64,000 bases of DNA from a virus. This document shows positions 63,989 through 64,000 of the stretch, in pieces. The notes under the pieces were generated by a model. It had not been told where the DNA came from. It saw only the letters and a list, made by a program, of their open reading frames with translations, and searched no databases. The translations under genes and the position numbers were made by a program. The stretch is taken from positions 1 to 64,000 of IMG/VR virus record IMGVR_UViG_3300029309_000006; one strand, 5' to 3'. The stretch's first letter is position 1; the number at the start of each line of letters is the position of its first letter.

Positions 63989-64000
63989 TAAATTAATTAT

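Larger units (their letters stand above)
30617..64000 (+). mobile_element. Unit B: partial genome of a larger GroEL-encoding, podovirus-like Flavobacteriia phage
   Basis: Second, non-homologous TerL/portal/scaffold/MCP set followed by stabilisation-like tail proteins, with no tape measure in the visible part. Different oligonucleotide usage from unit A. Confidence 0.75.

Noticed and set aside
1-64000. Integrase/attP, repressor, tRNA or rRNA genes, host chromosomal genes
   Set aside because: None recognised. groEL here is divergent, lacks the GGM tail and is embedded in phage genes, so it is not evidence of host flanking DNA.
1-64000. Alternative genetic code (stop-codon reassignment)
   Set aside because: The standard bacterial code gives long, tightly packed ORFs in both units.

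Overview
The window is AT-rich (roughly 30% GC by eye), gene-dense tailed-phage DNA, coded almost entirely on the + strand. Start regions are A-rich and lack Shine-Dalgarno sites, and TTTG-N19-TAnnTTTG promoters are present, which points to a Bacteroidota/Flavobacteriia host. It holds two independent virion-morphogenesis programmes. Unit A (1 to ~30,326) looks like a complete, circularly closable ~30.3 kb siphovirus genome: lysis, replication, an MT-A70 methyltransferase plus nuclease, a sigma-like factor, PBSX-type TerL, a frameshifted tail chaperone, tape measure, XkdF-like protease, MCP, tail tube, portal and fibre. Unit B (~30.6 kb to 64,000) is part of a larger podovirus-like genome with three S74-chaperone fibres, GroEL/GroES, a 740-aa TerL, portal, scaffold, MCP and tail stabilisation proteins. 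The units meet at a 290-bp near-identical tail-fibre module (1-290 = 30327-30616). CATG is absent by eye from the first 30.9 kb and common afterwards, and each unit has its own repeated promoter-like motif. Main leads: fibre genes built from modules bounded by DNA-level conserved linkers (a possible recombinational receptor-swapping system shared between unrelated phages); a probable hidden 210-codon gene nested in the unit B terminase; a -1 frameshift product missing from the ORF track; a 5-copy AAAAT-N13-CGATATAT promoter; and a mobile beta-domain inserted across unit B structural proteins. Whether the A/B junction is real or an assembly chimera cannot be decided without reads. All product calls come from motif recognition and gene context, not database searches.
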